In this document: positions 12,732 to 25,054 of the stretch, piece after piece
Numbering within the stretch: position 1 is the stretch's first letter
Layout of the letters: each line of letters starts with the position of its first letter
From: Ostrea edulis
Lineage: Eukaryota
NCBI RefSeq assembly: GCF_947568905.1
Contig: NC_079170.1
Location: 79,608,001 to 79,672,000 of the forward strand
Length of the DNA stretch: 64,000 bases
Reading direction: 5' to 3'
Notes under the pieces: generated by a model
What the model was told of the DNA's origin: nothing
Databases searched by the model: none
The model's input: only the letters and a program-made list of their open reading frames with translations
Made by a program: the position numbers and the translations under genes

Positions 12732-13560
12732 TTTTTACGCCCATCTTTAGACGGGATGTATTATGGTACAGCGATGTCTGTACGTCCGTCTGTCCGTCCG
12801 TTAGGGGTTTTCTGTTTCTAATTTCATTTCTTTGTCACATATCAAGCTGAACTTTTTTGTGGATCACTCTAGATTATGTTGCAAAATTTGATCCATTTCG
12901 ATCTCTCTTGCAGGATTGTATTGTTTAACGTCCCACTCGAGGTTTTTTCACTTGCAGGAGTTTTGCCCCTTTATTTGAAAATTATTGTTATAAAGAGAGT
13001 ACATGATTTGTCCGGCGAACTTCTCCCACAATTTTCAAGTGAGGACCATCTTGTTTTACAAAATGTTTGTATGAGCATTGAAGATGTGTGTGTGCGCGCC
13101 AAGAATTTTGATTTTTTTTTTTTAAATTACAAGTTGTTGAAATTAATCCGTTTTGAGAATACATTACACAGAGTATATGATTTATCCGGTGAACTTTCCC
13201 CAAATTTTTCAAGTGAGAACCTTCTTATTTTTCAGAGTATTTGTATGGGTATGGAAGATGTGCATGTAGCAAGGATTTTGATTTTCTTGTATTTCTGAGA
13301 AAATTACAAGTTGTTGAACTTAGTCCGTTTTGAGGAAATATCAATTCATATCGGTATTAAGTAAACGACATGGTTTGTCCTTTTAACTCCTCACAGTTTA
13401 AAAGCTAGGGTCTTTGTAAATAGCTTGAAGATGTGGATAGTGCAAGGATTTTGATTCTCAACAATTTTAATTTTCTTTGATGTTTTAGATATTTACAGGT
13501 TGTTGAACTTGGTCAAATTTGAGGAAATATTTTACACACAGAACTCCTGTCTAAATTTGA
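12732..13560 (+). mobile_element. Non-autonomous Helentron/DINE-like element with internal ~170-bp monomers
   Basis: Begins TTTTTACGCCC...GACGGGA, followed by a (GTCC)n microsatellite and repeated AAATTACAAGTTGTTGAA.TTAGTCCGTTTTGAG units; the 3' boundary is approximate. Confidence 0.65.
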
Positions 13561-13952
13561 AGTGAAGACCCTTTATACATACAATGCAAAGAAAGTATGT
13601 CACAGCCTGATGATGGCTGGTACTACCTGAAGCAAAGTCCTACAAATTATGGCTTACGAAAAACACCCTATGTAAGCATTTTCACGGGTGTAATTATGTT
13701 CCGCTTGTGGAGTAGGAGTTAAATATGTGTATAATCGGCATTAAGACAATCATAAACGGAGTGCTGAAGTAAAAATAATATGTAGATGTCCGTATAACCT
13801 TTTTGTACGGATATCTTTTTTCCGCACATACATTTTTAGAACCGGAGTTAAATATGTGCATAACAGAAAATTCCAAATAGTTTGCAGTATTTTTAATGGT
13901 TTCATATAAATATAATCCCTACAGTAGAGTGTTTGTCCCAGATCAAGGGCGG

Positions 13953-13954
<2 letters not shown>

Positions 13955-14022
<68 letters not shown>
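13955..14022. repeat. (GA)n microsatellite
   Basis: Seen directly. Confidence 0.97.
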
Positions 14023-14026
<4 letters not shown>

Positions 14027-14770
14027 CATTGTAGAAAATATGCTCTATGGACAGTTATTGCGTGCATTGGATTATGGCAAATTTGATATATTTTAATGTG
14101 CATGAATGCATGTATTTTGAATGACTAATATGAAAATATCAAGTTTCTAAAATGTTTCAGCAGATAAACATCAAATGGATGCATTGTAAATTTAGTCTGT
14201 AAGATATGCATGCCTACATTCCCAGTGCGGTATTCTCCACACCTGCCTAATGTTAAGGTGAGGTGTTTTTTCACCTGTCGACATAAATAAATTCCTGGTC
14301 GTCTTCTGTCACTCCCCCGCTTTATGGATGGAGAAAATGTGTCCACTGACATGATATGTACATTTATGTGTGTGACATCATTAATCCTTTTTGTCATTTG
14401 CTCGTTGCCTTGGCTAAATACTACCTTACATTATACCGTGCAGTATACATGTACATTCGATGACTAATTTTTGAGTGTCAATTTTCAATGCTTTGGTGAA
14501 ACTTTCATTCTCAACAATGACGAACACGTCGATACATTGGACACAAACAGGTCCCCACGTGTATGAAGGTTATTGTTTTCATTAATTAAATTTAAATCTT
14601 TCAACTATCTATTTGACATAAAGTGGCATTAGCTGTGAAAGTGACCAGCAACCCCCCACCCCCGAAAAAAATATCTCATTGGCATAGGAGTGTATATTTA
14701 TAACTATAATAAAAACATTTATTTTGTACAAAAACAAGAAAACCCTGATAAAACTTTGTTAATTAATTAA

Positions 14771-15235
14771 AGGGACTGATTCACGATTTCCCCCCAAATT
14801 TTCTTTTTCACTTTTAATTATCAAAATCTACTGTCTACTGTGTTTAAAAGATTTCACATAAAAATTAAGGTTATACATTATCACAGAAACTCATTTTAGA
14901 GTGTTTATTATTTGTTTTGTAAACAAAGATTGTGGTATGTTATTATTTACGAAAATTTCAACAGAAATGAATATCGATCAAGGTTTATTATATCTTTCAC
15001 ATTTCAAGTATTTTGAGGGTAAAATGTGTCATCTAAAAGTTAAAAATTGTTACTACGCAAAATTAAGATGCTCTAGAGCATATATAGATATATTACAAAT
15101 CAATATTTCACTTGCTTGTTTGTACAAGTATACATAAAAAGACTCGAGTCTTTGTTTACATAACACAGATTTAAGGCTAAAATATTACTTTTATTCTTGC
15201 ATTCAGAAGGTCAAAATTTTGGCTGTCAACAAATG
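14771..15235 (+). mobile_element. 3'-truncated TTAA-associated DNA element just upstream of TEX264
   Basis: Starts TTAA|AGGGACTGATTCACG; no matching right TIR found; interrupts a fragment of the 1207-1549 family. Confidence 0.45.
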
Positions 15236-15498
15236 ATAAAACAAAAGTCCAACTATCACAACATTGCATAGTTAGATAACAATGTTATAGTTTAAAATAT
15301 ATAAATCGAAAAATTTAATAAGTAATTAAAAAAAAGTTCGTTTCAAGTAATTTGCTGGGATAAGGAAGTAAGAGTTGTTCACCTTAGAATGAGAACCAGA
15401 AAATTTTAAGAACCAGTTTTTATTTATTTCTCGGGATCTCTTGGAATTTTATCATACAATTGCACCTTCATCAAGAGAGAACTCGAAAGACCAAAACA

Positions 15499-18400
15499 AT
15501 GGCTGAATGGCTACTTCTGGCTGGTATTGGGGTGTTAGCGCTCTGTCTGGTGGTGACGCTGTTGGCACTACTGCTGCTGTCAGGCTTGTTTGAGAGCTTT
15601 GAAATTAAGACAGGCAAACCCCCGCTAGGAGAGGCTGTCATTGCATATATGTCCTATCGCGGTCCGTACAAGGAATGTGGTCCCATGTTCACACAAATTT
15701 GTGGAATGGTTCCGCAAGGCTACAAAATCCTTGGCATTTATTATGACGACCCGAATGTGGTGAGACTTCATGGTATTTTCCCCGTCTTTACTGAAAAAAA
15801 GGAAGTGGGTGTATTGTTGGGTTCTTGGGTTTTTATGCTAAATCGTCTATGACGTCATTGTCCCCCCTCCCCCCCGAATAATTTAAGGAGGTATGTTACA
15901 CCAGAGAAATTTGATGTAGATGAAAAGTCGGGGATATGTACAACAATATTTTGAAGTGGAAATGTTTCAATTTTACTCTGTTTTGTCAAAAAATACAGTT
16001 TTAGTAGAAGATAGTCTGATTTTTAAAAAAATAAAAATCCCTGCTGGACTTGAACCTGCGACCTACAGTTTAGCAGTCGGTATGCCAACTTACTGAGCTT
16101 CTCGGCTAGGTATCTAAATTGAAAAGGAGAAGTCAAATATTGCTGATGTTGATTTTTCCTCCATGTTTTTAAAGGAAGTCAGCCATTATAACAATGTAGA
16201 GTACCTCCTTAAAGTCAGCAGAATGAATATCTATCATTGAAAGTAAAAATGTAAATTACATGAGTATGCAAAGATATAATAAAGGCTATTCTCTTTACAG
16301 AAGTAGGCCGGCATAGACTGTGCTAATTGTTTAAATGTCTATTGTTACAGAAGTGATATGAATAGAAATGAGAACTTCCACTATGACACATGGTTGACAA
16401 ATTGCAGATGTGTATAAGCAACTGAACAGATTGAGCTAGGACGGAAATTGTGGGTCCGAATGGATATCGGATCATAAAAAAATAAATACAGAATAGGAAT
16501 TGGCATGAATCTTCCAAGCATTGCTACCTCATCTTGCACATAAAATTGATGCCCATTTTTTATTTAAGAGTGATTGTTCCACATCTTGCACTATAAACAC
16601 TGTGTCTTCATTGTGGGGAACTCTGACAATTGAAGACCTATCCTCGTAATGCAGTTTATACCACTTTAGACAAATTTGTAGGTGATTGATTGGATAAAGT
16701 TGATCACATGACACCCTGAAATTTCTTATATTACCTCTCTGTGTGGAGGGTGTATTCGTTTGATGACTGTGACATCACTAATGAATCACATGGCGCCGCC
16801 CCAAAATTTTCAATACATCGTCTCCGCTCAGAGATTTTGGCAACTAGTACTTGCGTATCATATGATGCCCCGAAATTTCAATACATCATTTCTGCAAGAG
16901 AATATTGATCTGACAGCTACCGTAGCTTTCAATGTATATATGTAATCAATTTCAACATACATGATTTGTTTATTTAATGTTATTGTTAATATTTTTAACC
17001 GTGATGTTATCATATAAATTTGTGATTGTATGATTTTCAATGTGATACATATATATGAAATTTAATTTAATAACTGAATAATATTTAGCAAATATGTTGC
17101 TGAAATCTTAAAAAAAAATTCCAAAAGTCTTCAGTAGGATAAATTCGTTACACAGTCAGTTTGGGACATAATATGGAGTCATTGAGGGTGTGAAATGGAA
17201 ATCTGTATTGGGCGAGGCAAAACCTACAAATTTCCATTAACACTCCAGTTTTCCAGTGTGCTGGTTTCAGGCCTTTTTTATACCATTGTTTACTCCATCA
17301 TGACATGTTCTTATTTCAATTTACAAGATATGTCTAACATCAGTCTACTCTCACTGATCATCTGTCAACATTTTAGATTATTTTCTGAATAAAAAGCTTA
17401 TGTTATTGTTTGTAGGTGGAAGCACATAAGCTCCGTTATATCGTGGGTGCGATATTATCTGAAGACGGATCTGAAATTGACATGGCCGTACAAGAAAAGC
17501 TCACTCAGAACGGCTACAAAATCGCCAAGCTACCGGCAGTATCCTATGCTGTCAACACATCATTCCCGTACAGGAGCGCTCTGTCCATACTTATCGCTGT
17601 CTGGAGAGTGTATCCTAGGATGAACAACTATGTGAAGGTCAGAGCAGGGATTCTTCTGTTGTGGTTATATTCTTCTGACTTCAGAATCAACAGATTATGG
17701 AATTTTGATGATGGGTTATTTTTATTTTGTACTCTCCTAGCATTTAAAATTCTCTCCTCTATATCCCTTTTAATCTTTAAAATACAGATTCCTCTCTTTC
17801 ACTTTCACTTCTCAATATCATTGTCACACTCTCCCTCAAGCTCAGCAACTCTGGGACTCTGAGAGCCCCTTGGATTAACTGACACATCTTATTTTCATGC
17901 TTGATCTTGGTTAGTAAACTGTTTTATGAAATAGGAGAGTCAAAGAGTCAAATGCAAACAAAACATATGACTGAATTGGGAAAAACTTTGTTTGCCACTT
18001 GGGCTGCCAGGTTTTCAGTATTTAATCACCCACATGAAATTTAACTCGCATTTGTGATGAGCTAACCACAACCCTGAAATATATGGGAACTGAATGAGCT
18101 GGCACACAATGCTAAAAACTTATCTTTGTTATCTGTATTTGAATATTCACTAATTATATCCTGAAATATTACAGGATATACTCACATATAACTTGTTTTA
18201 TGTTGTTTTATTGGGGGTTGGGGAACTTCAAATTTTGGTTCTGAAGTCTTAATCATGTCAGACGTATACGCACATGTACACTACTGCACAACTTGCATCA
18301 TCTGACTGTATTTCTAAAGTGTCAATGTCAGTTTAATCAGTAGCCAATCAACACGAGTGATTGTTTGAATAAACACATGTGATTTTATTTATGAAAATAT

Positions 18401-21400
18401 ATTTAATTCATCATTTTATATGTTAAACAAACAAACAATGTGTTTGTTAAAAGTTGGGTTATAATAAATAATATTTTTCATGCAAACTTTTCATGAAAAA
18501 ACAAGCCCAGTTTGCAATGTATGTCTGTATTCTGTATATTTTAATCAATGCATTTAAACAGTGCACTAAATATTCACTGCATATTAAAATTTGCTGTGTG
18601 GATATGCCTTTTTCTTTAATATCTGTAATATTCATAAAAAGGGGGCACCTGCCATTAAATAAACACAGACGGCGGTATCGTCATTGTCAAACAATGAAAG
18701 GCGCTTGCACAGTGAGGTTGATACTTTTGTTTATTAAGTAAACTACACCAAATGACCACAATTTACCAGACATTGAGCAACTCCTAGTTAAAGACAGCAC
18801 AGGAGTTTGCAGTTTTATTAATTGAATCAAAATAAAAATTGGAAAAAAAAAATCCAATCCGGAAAAAAAATATCCACTGTCTTCTAATATAGGTTTGAAC
18901 GTCTCAAACTTATCATAATTCAGACTTTTCTATTAAATTTCCAAGTTTTATATGTTGAAATTTTAGTTCCAATTACTATGATGAAAAAACAATAAAGAAC
19001 CTTTAACAGAATTATATTCTTAATTATTCAGTTATTTAACATATGATTAAATGGAGACTTATATACAACAAAGAAACACAACTCTTGTTTAAAAAATAGT
19101 AATGACGTTGATGACAGTCTAATGTAAGACTCAGTCTGACTTATCAGCGTTGTCGGATACCCACGGGTGATCTCGTTTTTAACTCATTGAGTAAAAGACG
19201 AGATCACCTGTGGGTATCCGACGATGACTTACCAGAGGGTCTGTGTCAAAGTCCTAAAAAATATTCCAAAGAAAAGGTCACTGACTTATATGCAGGTCAA
19301 CTTATAAGTGAGTATACACTGTATAAAGATCCCCTTAAACATTAAAACGGGGGAATAGGTTGTCGAAAAGAGTTTGATGATTTTTAAATATAATTGTTTA
19401 CTTTAGACATGATTGTATATTATGATGTTCATGTTGAGCATCCGATGTTGATTAGGTGATGAATTATATGAATTAAAAACCTGCTTTATTGTATGATTAT
19501 CATATTTGATGAAAGATGTTCAAAGAACCTGACATATGTTACATATTTATATCGAACAAAATTTGGGATTTTTTTTTAAGGAACGGAAGTTATGTGCACA
19601 TCCGTATTTGGAGGTGTACGATGGGGAAAACATGTACTTCATCGCTCCACTCGCCCGACAGAACGAGTTCTATGTACCCGAGGTCCAGGAGACCGAGGAT
19701 CGGGCAGAGGATGGAGACGATGAAGATGATAGTTCTGTGGATGAGAGTGTATCAGGTAAAAAATATAATTATACAAGAATAGCATTAACAGTTATTGACT
19801 GTGTCCTCAGACAACGGTTCTGTTTGACCCTAGGATGGACCTGTTGCCTGAAGGCTCGGATCGAGGGTCAAACAAAACAGTTGTTGTCCAAGGACTCAGT
19901 CTATAACTGTTTTGTTAAACACATTCATTCTTTTTAGGTTTTTCTTTTCTAGGTGCACATGGTTTGTTGACTTTGAACTTTTAACAAGACAGTGTGATTG
20001 TGAACATATATCAATGTATCCATTAGTTTAAAAGAAAATGTACCCAATATCCTTATTGATAATCATGAACTACATTTTTTTTGGTGTTTTTGCTCTGCTT
20101 TTCATCTAATATATTCTGTATTTCTTTATCAGTCAAATCTATGAATCTCACCATTACATAAACAAAATAACAAACTGAGAATCATGTGACTTACATAGCC
20201 AATAGAAATAAGACAGATTATTGCCCGGTCAACAGTTCGTAATAGACCACGAGTGTGAGAGTTGGTTTAACAGTTAAAATGTTGGTTCTAAATTGTATTA
20301 AGTTTTATTTAGGAAAAAATCAGGGTGTATAACAAAATGCTTTTTCCCCCAATTTGGATCCGCATAAGAGCATAGGGCACATATATTGTCCATAATTGTA
20401 AACAAATACAGAAAAACATACCTCTCACTGTACCTGTTCGAGAAATTGCATATCCAACACTTGACTTACAAGAACGATATTCTTCCAGTACAAGACTGAA
20501 GTACTCAGAGAGTAATGCATGTACATTATTTTCATTTTCTTATTCTACTTGGCTGGGTAGAGGTTATTTTTAGGCAACATGTAATCATTCACACCATGTC
20601 CAAATATAGAGGATCTTGAAAGAGTGCTTAATATGGAATATGAAATTTATGAAATTCATTATTGGATTTAATATTTCCTGAGCCTTGCTAAATTTCATAT
20701 ATCATAAGCACGAGTGTAAGATTCGATTTATCACACAACTATTATTAAATGCACATATTGATCTACTGTCTATTTCACAACCCGAATGCCACAGAAATTT
20801 TTGCTTTTAATTCGATTGTAACATTGTCGCAACGTCACGGTTTCAAGAAACTTGAAATTATTTTCATGTCACAAAAGCCACAAAATCCTTTTGGAACAAC
20901 CTTGGTGACAAAACAAGGCCTTTTGCCATCATTGTTAACAATTTCAAAGGATGACATATTGTTTTGTTTATTTGGTGCATGAATGATGACCTATTTAATT
21001 TGCATGATTATGAACCTGTGCTACGAGTTCACATCGTTTTTCCGAACCCGTGTTATGAACCTGGGAAAAGTACTGTTGTGTGATTAAATATTATGTCTCT
21101 GTATTCACGACGATTGGTTACCTACATCTTCTGAATGCATCCATTGTTTGTTGATTGAGTGATCTGATTTTATGAATGCATGCTGATACCCATTACAAGT
21201 AATATTTACATGTAGAATCTGGAAAATAGGTTTTGTTTATGAAATGGCTGTCAAGCCTAGCAGTTCAATGACTTCTAGGTCCATGAAATAATCACTTTCA
21301 TTAAAGCGGAATATTTGTGATCTGTCTGATAGACAAGTAAAACATTAAACAAGGGATTTAATAATGCCTTAAGCAGGTTCAAGAAATGTATGAAGAATTT

Positions 21401-24301
21401 TAACAAGGTCAATGTACTATGAGATTGCCTCATACAGACAGTGTTATAGGGGTTATCCCCCTTTTAGCAGTATACGTTCTGTTGTCTCTGGACATTGCCA
21501 GTAGAAATCTGTACACAGAAGGAATTCAGGGAGGAGGCTTTTTCTGACTAAAATATTGAGACCACTATCTTGATGTTATACTGAGAGGTCAATACAACTC
21601 ACTTCTCGGTCAGTATTTAATACTGTTTATACTCAATGAAGACCTAGATTTGACTGATAATGAAATGTTCAGATTTGTTCAAATCAATATACCCAAAGCC
21701 AGGGCTTGGTCACAGTAGGATTTTAAAGTTTTGAGTAAGGATATAAGGAAATGTCTTTTTTTCAAATTCTTCTCAAAACAGTGTACAATTTGCCAAATTA
21801 ATGTGCAGGTTTTTCATGCAGTTACCCACACTGAAGTCGGGGGGGGGGGGGTAAAGTATGAAGATTTATATAACACCCAATATCTAGGATAATTCTTTAT
21901 AAACCCTCTCAAAGGCCACAAGTTACACCATGTCAAATTACAAAGGTCAGTAGTATGCAACCATCCTCATGTAATTTAGGTTCCAGTTTGTTCACACCTC
22001 GACCTTAGTGTCAGGGCTTCAGTGGGAGCTGAAGAATTCCACAGAAGAATTACAGATATAGGAAATTTATTGAAAACCTTCTCCAGAACCACAAGGGTAC
22101 AATTATACATGAAATTAATATGGAAGCATCCTCATGTAGTGTAGATTCTTATTAGTGTAGATTCACATTAGTGTAGATTCACATTAGTATAGATTCACAT
22201 GTAGAATAGATTCACATTAGTATAGATTCACATTATTGTAGATTAGTGTAGATTCACATTAGTGTATGTTCACATTAGTGTAGGTTCACATTAGTGTAGG
22301 TTCACATTAGTGTAGGTTCACATTAGTGTAGGTTCACATTAGTGTATGTTCACATTAGTGTAGGTTCACATTAGTGTAGATTCACATTAGTGTAGATTCA
22401 CATTAGTGCACACCATGCCTCCTGTTATTGAGAAATTTCTCCCAAGTTAATGGTAGAATCAAGATGGTGACCAAAGGGCTCTATTGTGATGCTCAGATTT
22501 GCATTTCTTCCTTTTTACACCATGAGTATTGATAAAAGTTTAAGGTAAAGGGACTTTAGAATGTAGCCCTGCTCGTGCCATGGTCATGTCAAACCTAAGA
22601 TGTAAACATAGGTAATAATTGCTAATTCGCCAAATCCTCAAGAATCACGGGTCTTTCAGAGATGACCTTTAAAATACAGGGCCTGTGTCGCGGCAGGCAT
22701 TGGCACGTTAAAGAATCCTCACTGTTACGACCATAAGCGCTAAGCTTAGGTCTAAATTCACCTACAGCTGTTGATTTCTCAATATGAGTGAAAAATTTTC
22801 GAAGAGACATATATAAAAAAAAAAAAGGAAACAAGCAATCTTTCTGGTCTTCAGCTATACAATTTATCAAATACGTCTCGATATTGATGAGACCCACAGG
22901 AGATTCATTAGTCATATTAGGACCGACTTGTTTTCATTCTTTTCATTTCATAAATTTCAGGATTGCTGCACCCTAGGGCCTCAGGGGCGAGGCAAAAATT
23001 GACCAAAATTAACCAATTTTCAAGAACTTTCTTCTTTAGAACTGGACATGTTTAAGAAAAACTAAATGCATAATGATGTAGAGCAGGAAGGCCTATACCA
23101 AAATTGTCAATTTCATGATCTCCGCGTTGGGGGTTCTGATCCCAGGGTGGTATATGAAGTGTTTATTTGCTGTATAAAATCTAAATGCATACTTAGGAAA
23201 AGCAGAAAGGGATGTACAAAATTTGGTGAATTTCACAACCCAGGGTTTGACTCTAAGATGGGTCCAAATTATTCATATCTTTTGATGTTAATATGCCTAT
23301 TATATTATGTAAAGCTTCTCATCAGTGTATTAATTCACTTTTGAGGGCATTGAAGTTTTAAAGAACACATCTTGTTTTATACTGTTACTGAATATTAGAA
23401 TTTAGCTTATATAATCAGAACAGGAATTTTTTTTTTTTTTAGATTTCATAGCCCGTGGGATTAGTGATACTTTTTCACTAGTACTCAGGTGGCCGATAAG
23501 GCCTGTGGGCATCTTGTTAAAGAAGCAATACCATGAAACCAAGCTTGTGCATTTAAAATTTCGACAGCTTGCTCAGGAATTCAAGCTTGTTCATTTCAAA
23601 TATCGACAGCTTGCTCACAAAATCAAGCTTATTCATTTCAAATTTCGACAGCTTGCTCGGGAAATCAAGCTTGTTCATTTCAGATTTTGACAGCTTGTTC
23701 ACAAAATCAAGCTTTTTCATTTCAAATTTTGACAGCATGCTCGGGAAATCAAGCTTGTTCATTTCAAATTACAACACTTTGCTACATTATGTAGTCTTAT
23801 TCATTTCACATTATGATACATTGTAGTTTACTGAGGAAATCAAGCTTAACATTCATTTCATATTATGATAGTATGCTCTCACAGCTACAAGGCAGTTATG
23901 TTTTACTGTTTTTTTAATCTCTGACAGAGTCACGAGAGACCACATTCAGTCGCAGCGTGATGGACGACGATGTACCTATATCAGACAGTGACAGCGAGGA
24001 GGATGTAGAAAGGGAGACAACTTATCCTACTCCCGACACATGTCACAGTCAAGAGCTCCTCAGAGGGGAGTTCACTCCACGTAAATTGTTAGAGGACGTC
24101 GCTCGCGATGAGAGTACACCGGACGTTAGCGAACCTCGCACGTTTCAGGACTCAGAATTTAACTCCGAACAAACAAGCTCCTCCCAGATTCCCGAATGTC
24201 CACAAAAGGAAGAGGAATGCGATAAGGCCTCGAATGCTTCTGGTTCATCGTTTGAGGAAATCATGATGGAAAACGTCCCTCTGCCGCAAAATTCATCATA
24301 A
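15499..24301 (+). CDS. TEX264: Testis-expressed protein 264 homologue (ER-phagy receptor; N-terminal TM, GyrI-like domain, C-terminal LIR), 343 aa; join(15499..15759,17416..17637,19581..19755,23928..24301)
   Basis: GT-AG junctions in phases 0,0,1 give a 1032-nt open frame. Recognisable TEX264 blocks: SGLFESFEIKTGKPP, YYDDPNVVEAHKLRYIVGAILSE, FPYRSALSILIAVWRVYP, ERKLCAHPYLEVY...PLARQNEFYVPEV, SRET and SGSSFEEI (human SGSSFEEL). Confidence 0.95.
15887..16208 (+). mobile_element. TTAA-flanked MITE (Kolobok-like) in TEX264 intron 1, with an internal tRNA-like segment
   Basis: TTAA|GGAGGTATGTTAC ... GTAGAGTACCTCC|TTAA; internal GCTGGACTTGAACCTGCGACC is the reverse complement of a B-box-like motif. 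Confidence 0.75.
19148..19226. repeat. Near-perfect hairpin (~35-40-bp arms, 1-nt loop) in TEX264 intron 2
   Basis: TCGGATACCCACGGGTGATCTCGTTTTTAACTCA-T-TGAGTAAAAGACGAGATCACCTGTGGGTATCCGA; 3 mismatches in 34 bp. Confidence 0.85.
22138..22408. repeat. 16-bp minisatellite (GTGTAGATTCACATTA)n
   Basis: Seen directly; ~16 copies. Confidence 0.92.
22640..22810 (+). mobile_element. Diverged SINE-like fragment (related subfamily)
   Basis: GGGCCTGTGTCGCGGCAGGCATTGGCACGTTAAAGAATCC...ATGAGTGAAAAATTTTCG. Confidence 0.6.
22906..23519 (+). mobile_element. Non-autonomous Helentron-like element
   Basis: 3' end CAGGTGGCCGATAAGGCCTGTGGGCATCTTGTT (subTIR, hairpin, T-run) resembles the end of the 56533-57657 element; the 5' boundary is approximate. 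Confidence 0.6.
23537..23770. repeat. 42-bp minisatellite (~5.5 copies) with alternating A/B units
   Basis: AATCAAGCTTGTTCATTTCAAATTTCGACAGCTTGCTC(GGGA/ACAA) repeated. Confidence 0.9.
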
Positions 24302-24390
24302 CAAAATGTTGCTGATCAAAGCCATAGTGATTTAAGTCAATTTGATGAATTATTTGCATAAGAAATGCATCAATGTTTGATTATAACATG

Positions 24391-24565
24391 CAGTAAAACA
24401 CACTTATAGCGAACACATTCACGACAAAGTCACGCTTATTGTGTAGGAATATATTTTTCCCTTATGAGAGGAAAATAACAAAAATTGTATTGGTTAGAAT
24501 GAAGTTTGGTTATAACGAACTGTGGCTCACTGGCCGTGGAGGGTCGCTATAACCCTGTTTTACTG
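24391..24565. mobile_element. Old Tc1/mariner(pogo)-like MITE downstream of the TEX264 stop
   Basis: CAGTAAAACACACTTATAGCGA ... TCGCTATAACCCTGTTTTACTG (19/22 inverted match). Confidence 0.65.
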
Positions 24566-24987
24566 TGTGTATGAATATTTGAGTCTGCATGGTTTATGTA
24601 TCTCTAGTAAACAGTGTTTGTAAATTCAAAGTATTTATGAAACGCTGATGATGAGGAGTATTGACTTTAAAGTGTATCAATATAAATGAATGTGATTAGG
24701 TTTAATTGCTGGTATATGTTGATTCATTTAAAGATATATGTAACTAGTAAATGTGATAGAAAGTAACTAGAAGTGCACACAGCCTTATTGGGAATTTAAT
24801 GTCGACCAGAACATCAGCCTTTTCTTCTGTCATGTGAGGTAATTCCTTTTAATGCTTGTGTTATTTAAGTATTTGATATGAAGGCAATTACTTGTAATTT
24901 TCATTCCATTTGTGTGAGTAGCCTGATATTTTTACATCATGATCATCAAAATTTACTTGTAAATCTAAAAAGTAAGGTATGTAAATG

Positions 24988-24993
<6 letters not shown>

Positions 24994-25053
<60 letters not shown>
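24994..25053. repeat. Compound (CT)n(AT)n microsatellite
   Basis: Seen directly. Confidence 0.95.

Positions 25054-25054
<1 letters not shown>

Noticed and set aside
15760-15852. C-terminal extension of ORF 15460..15852 and its upstream TTG start
   Set aside because: Read-through into TEX264 intron 1 past the GTGAGA donor; the ATG at 15499 fits the TEX264 N-terminus.
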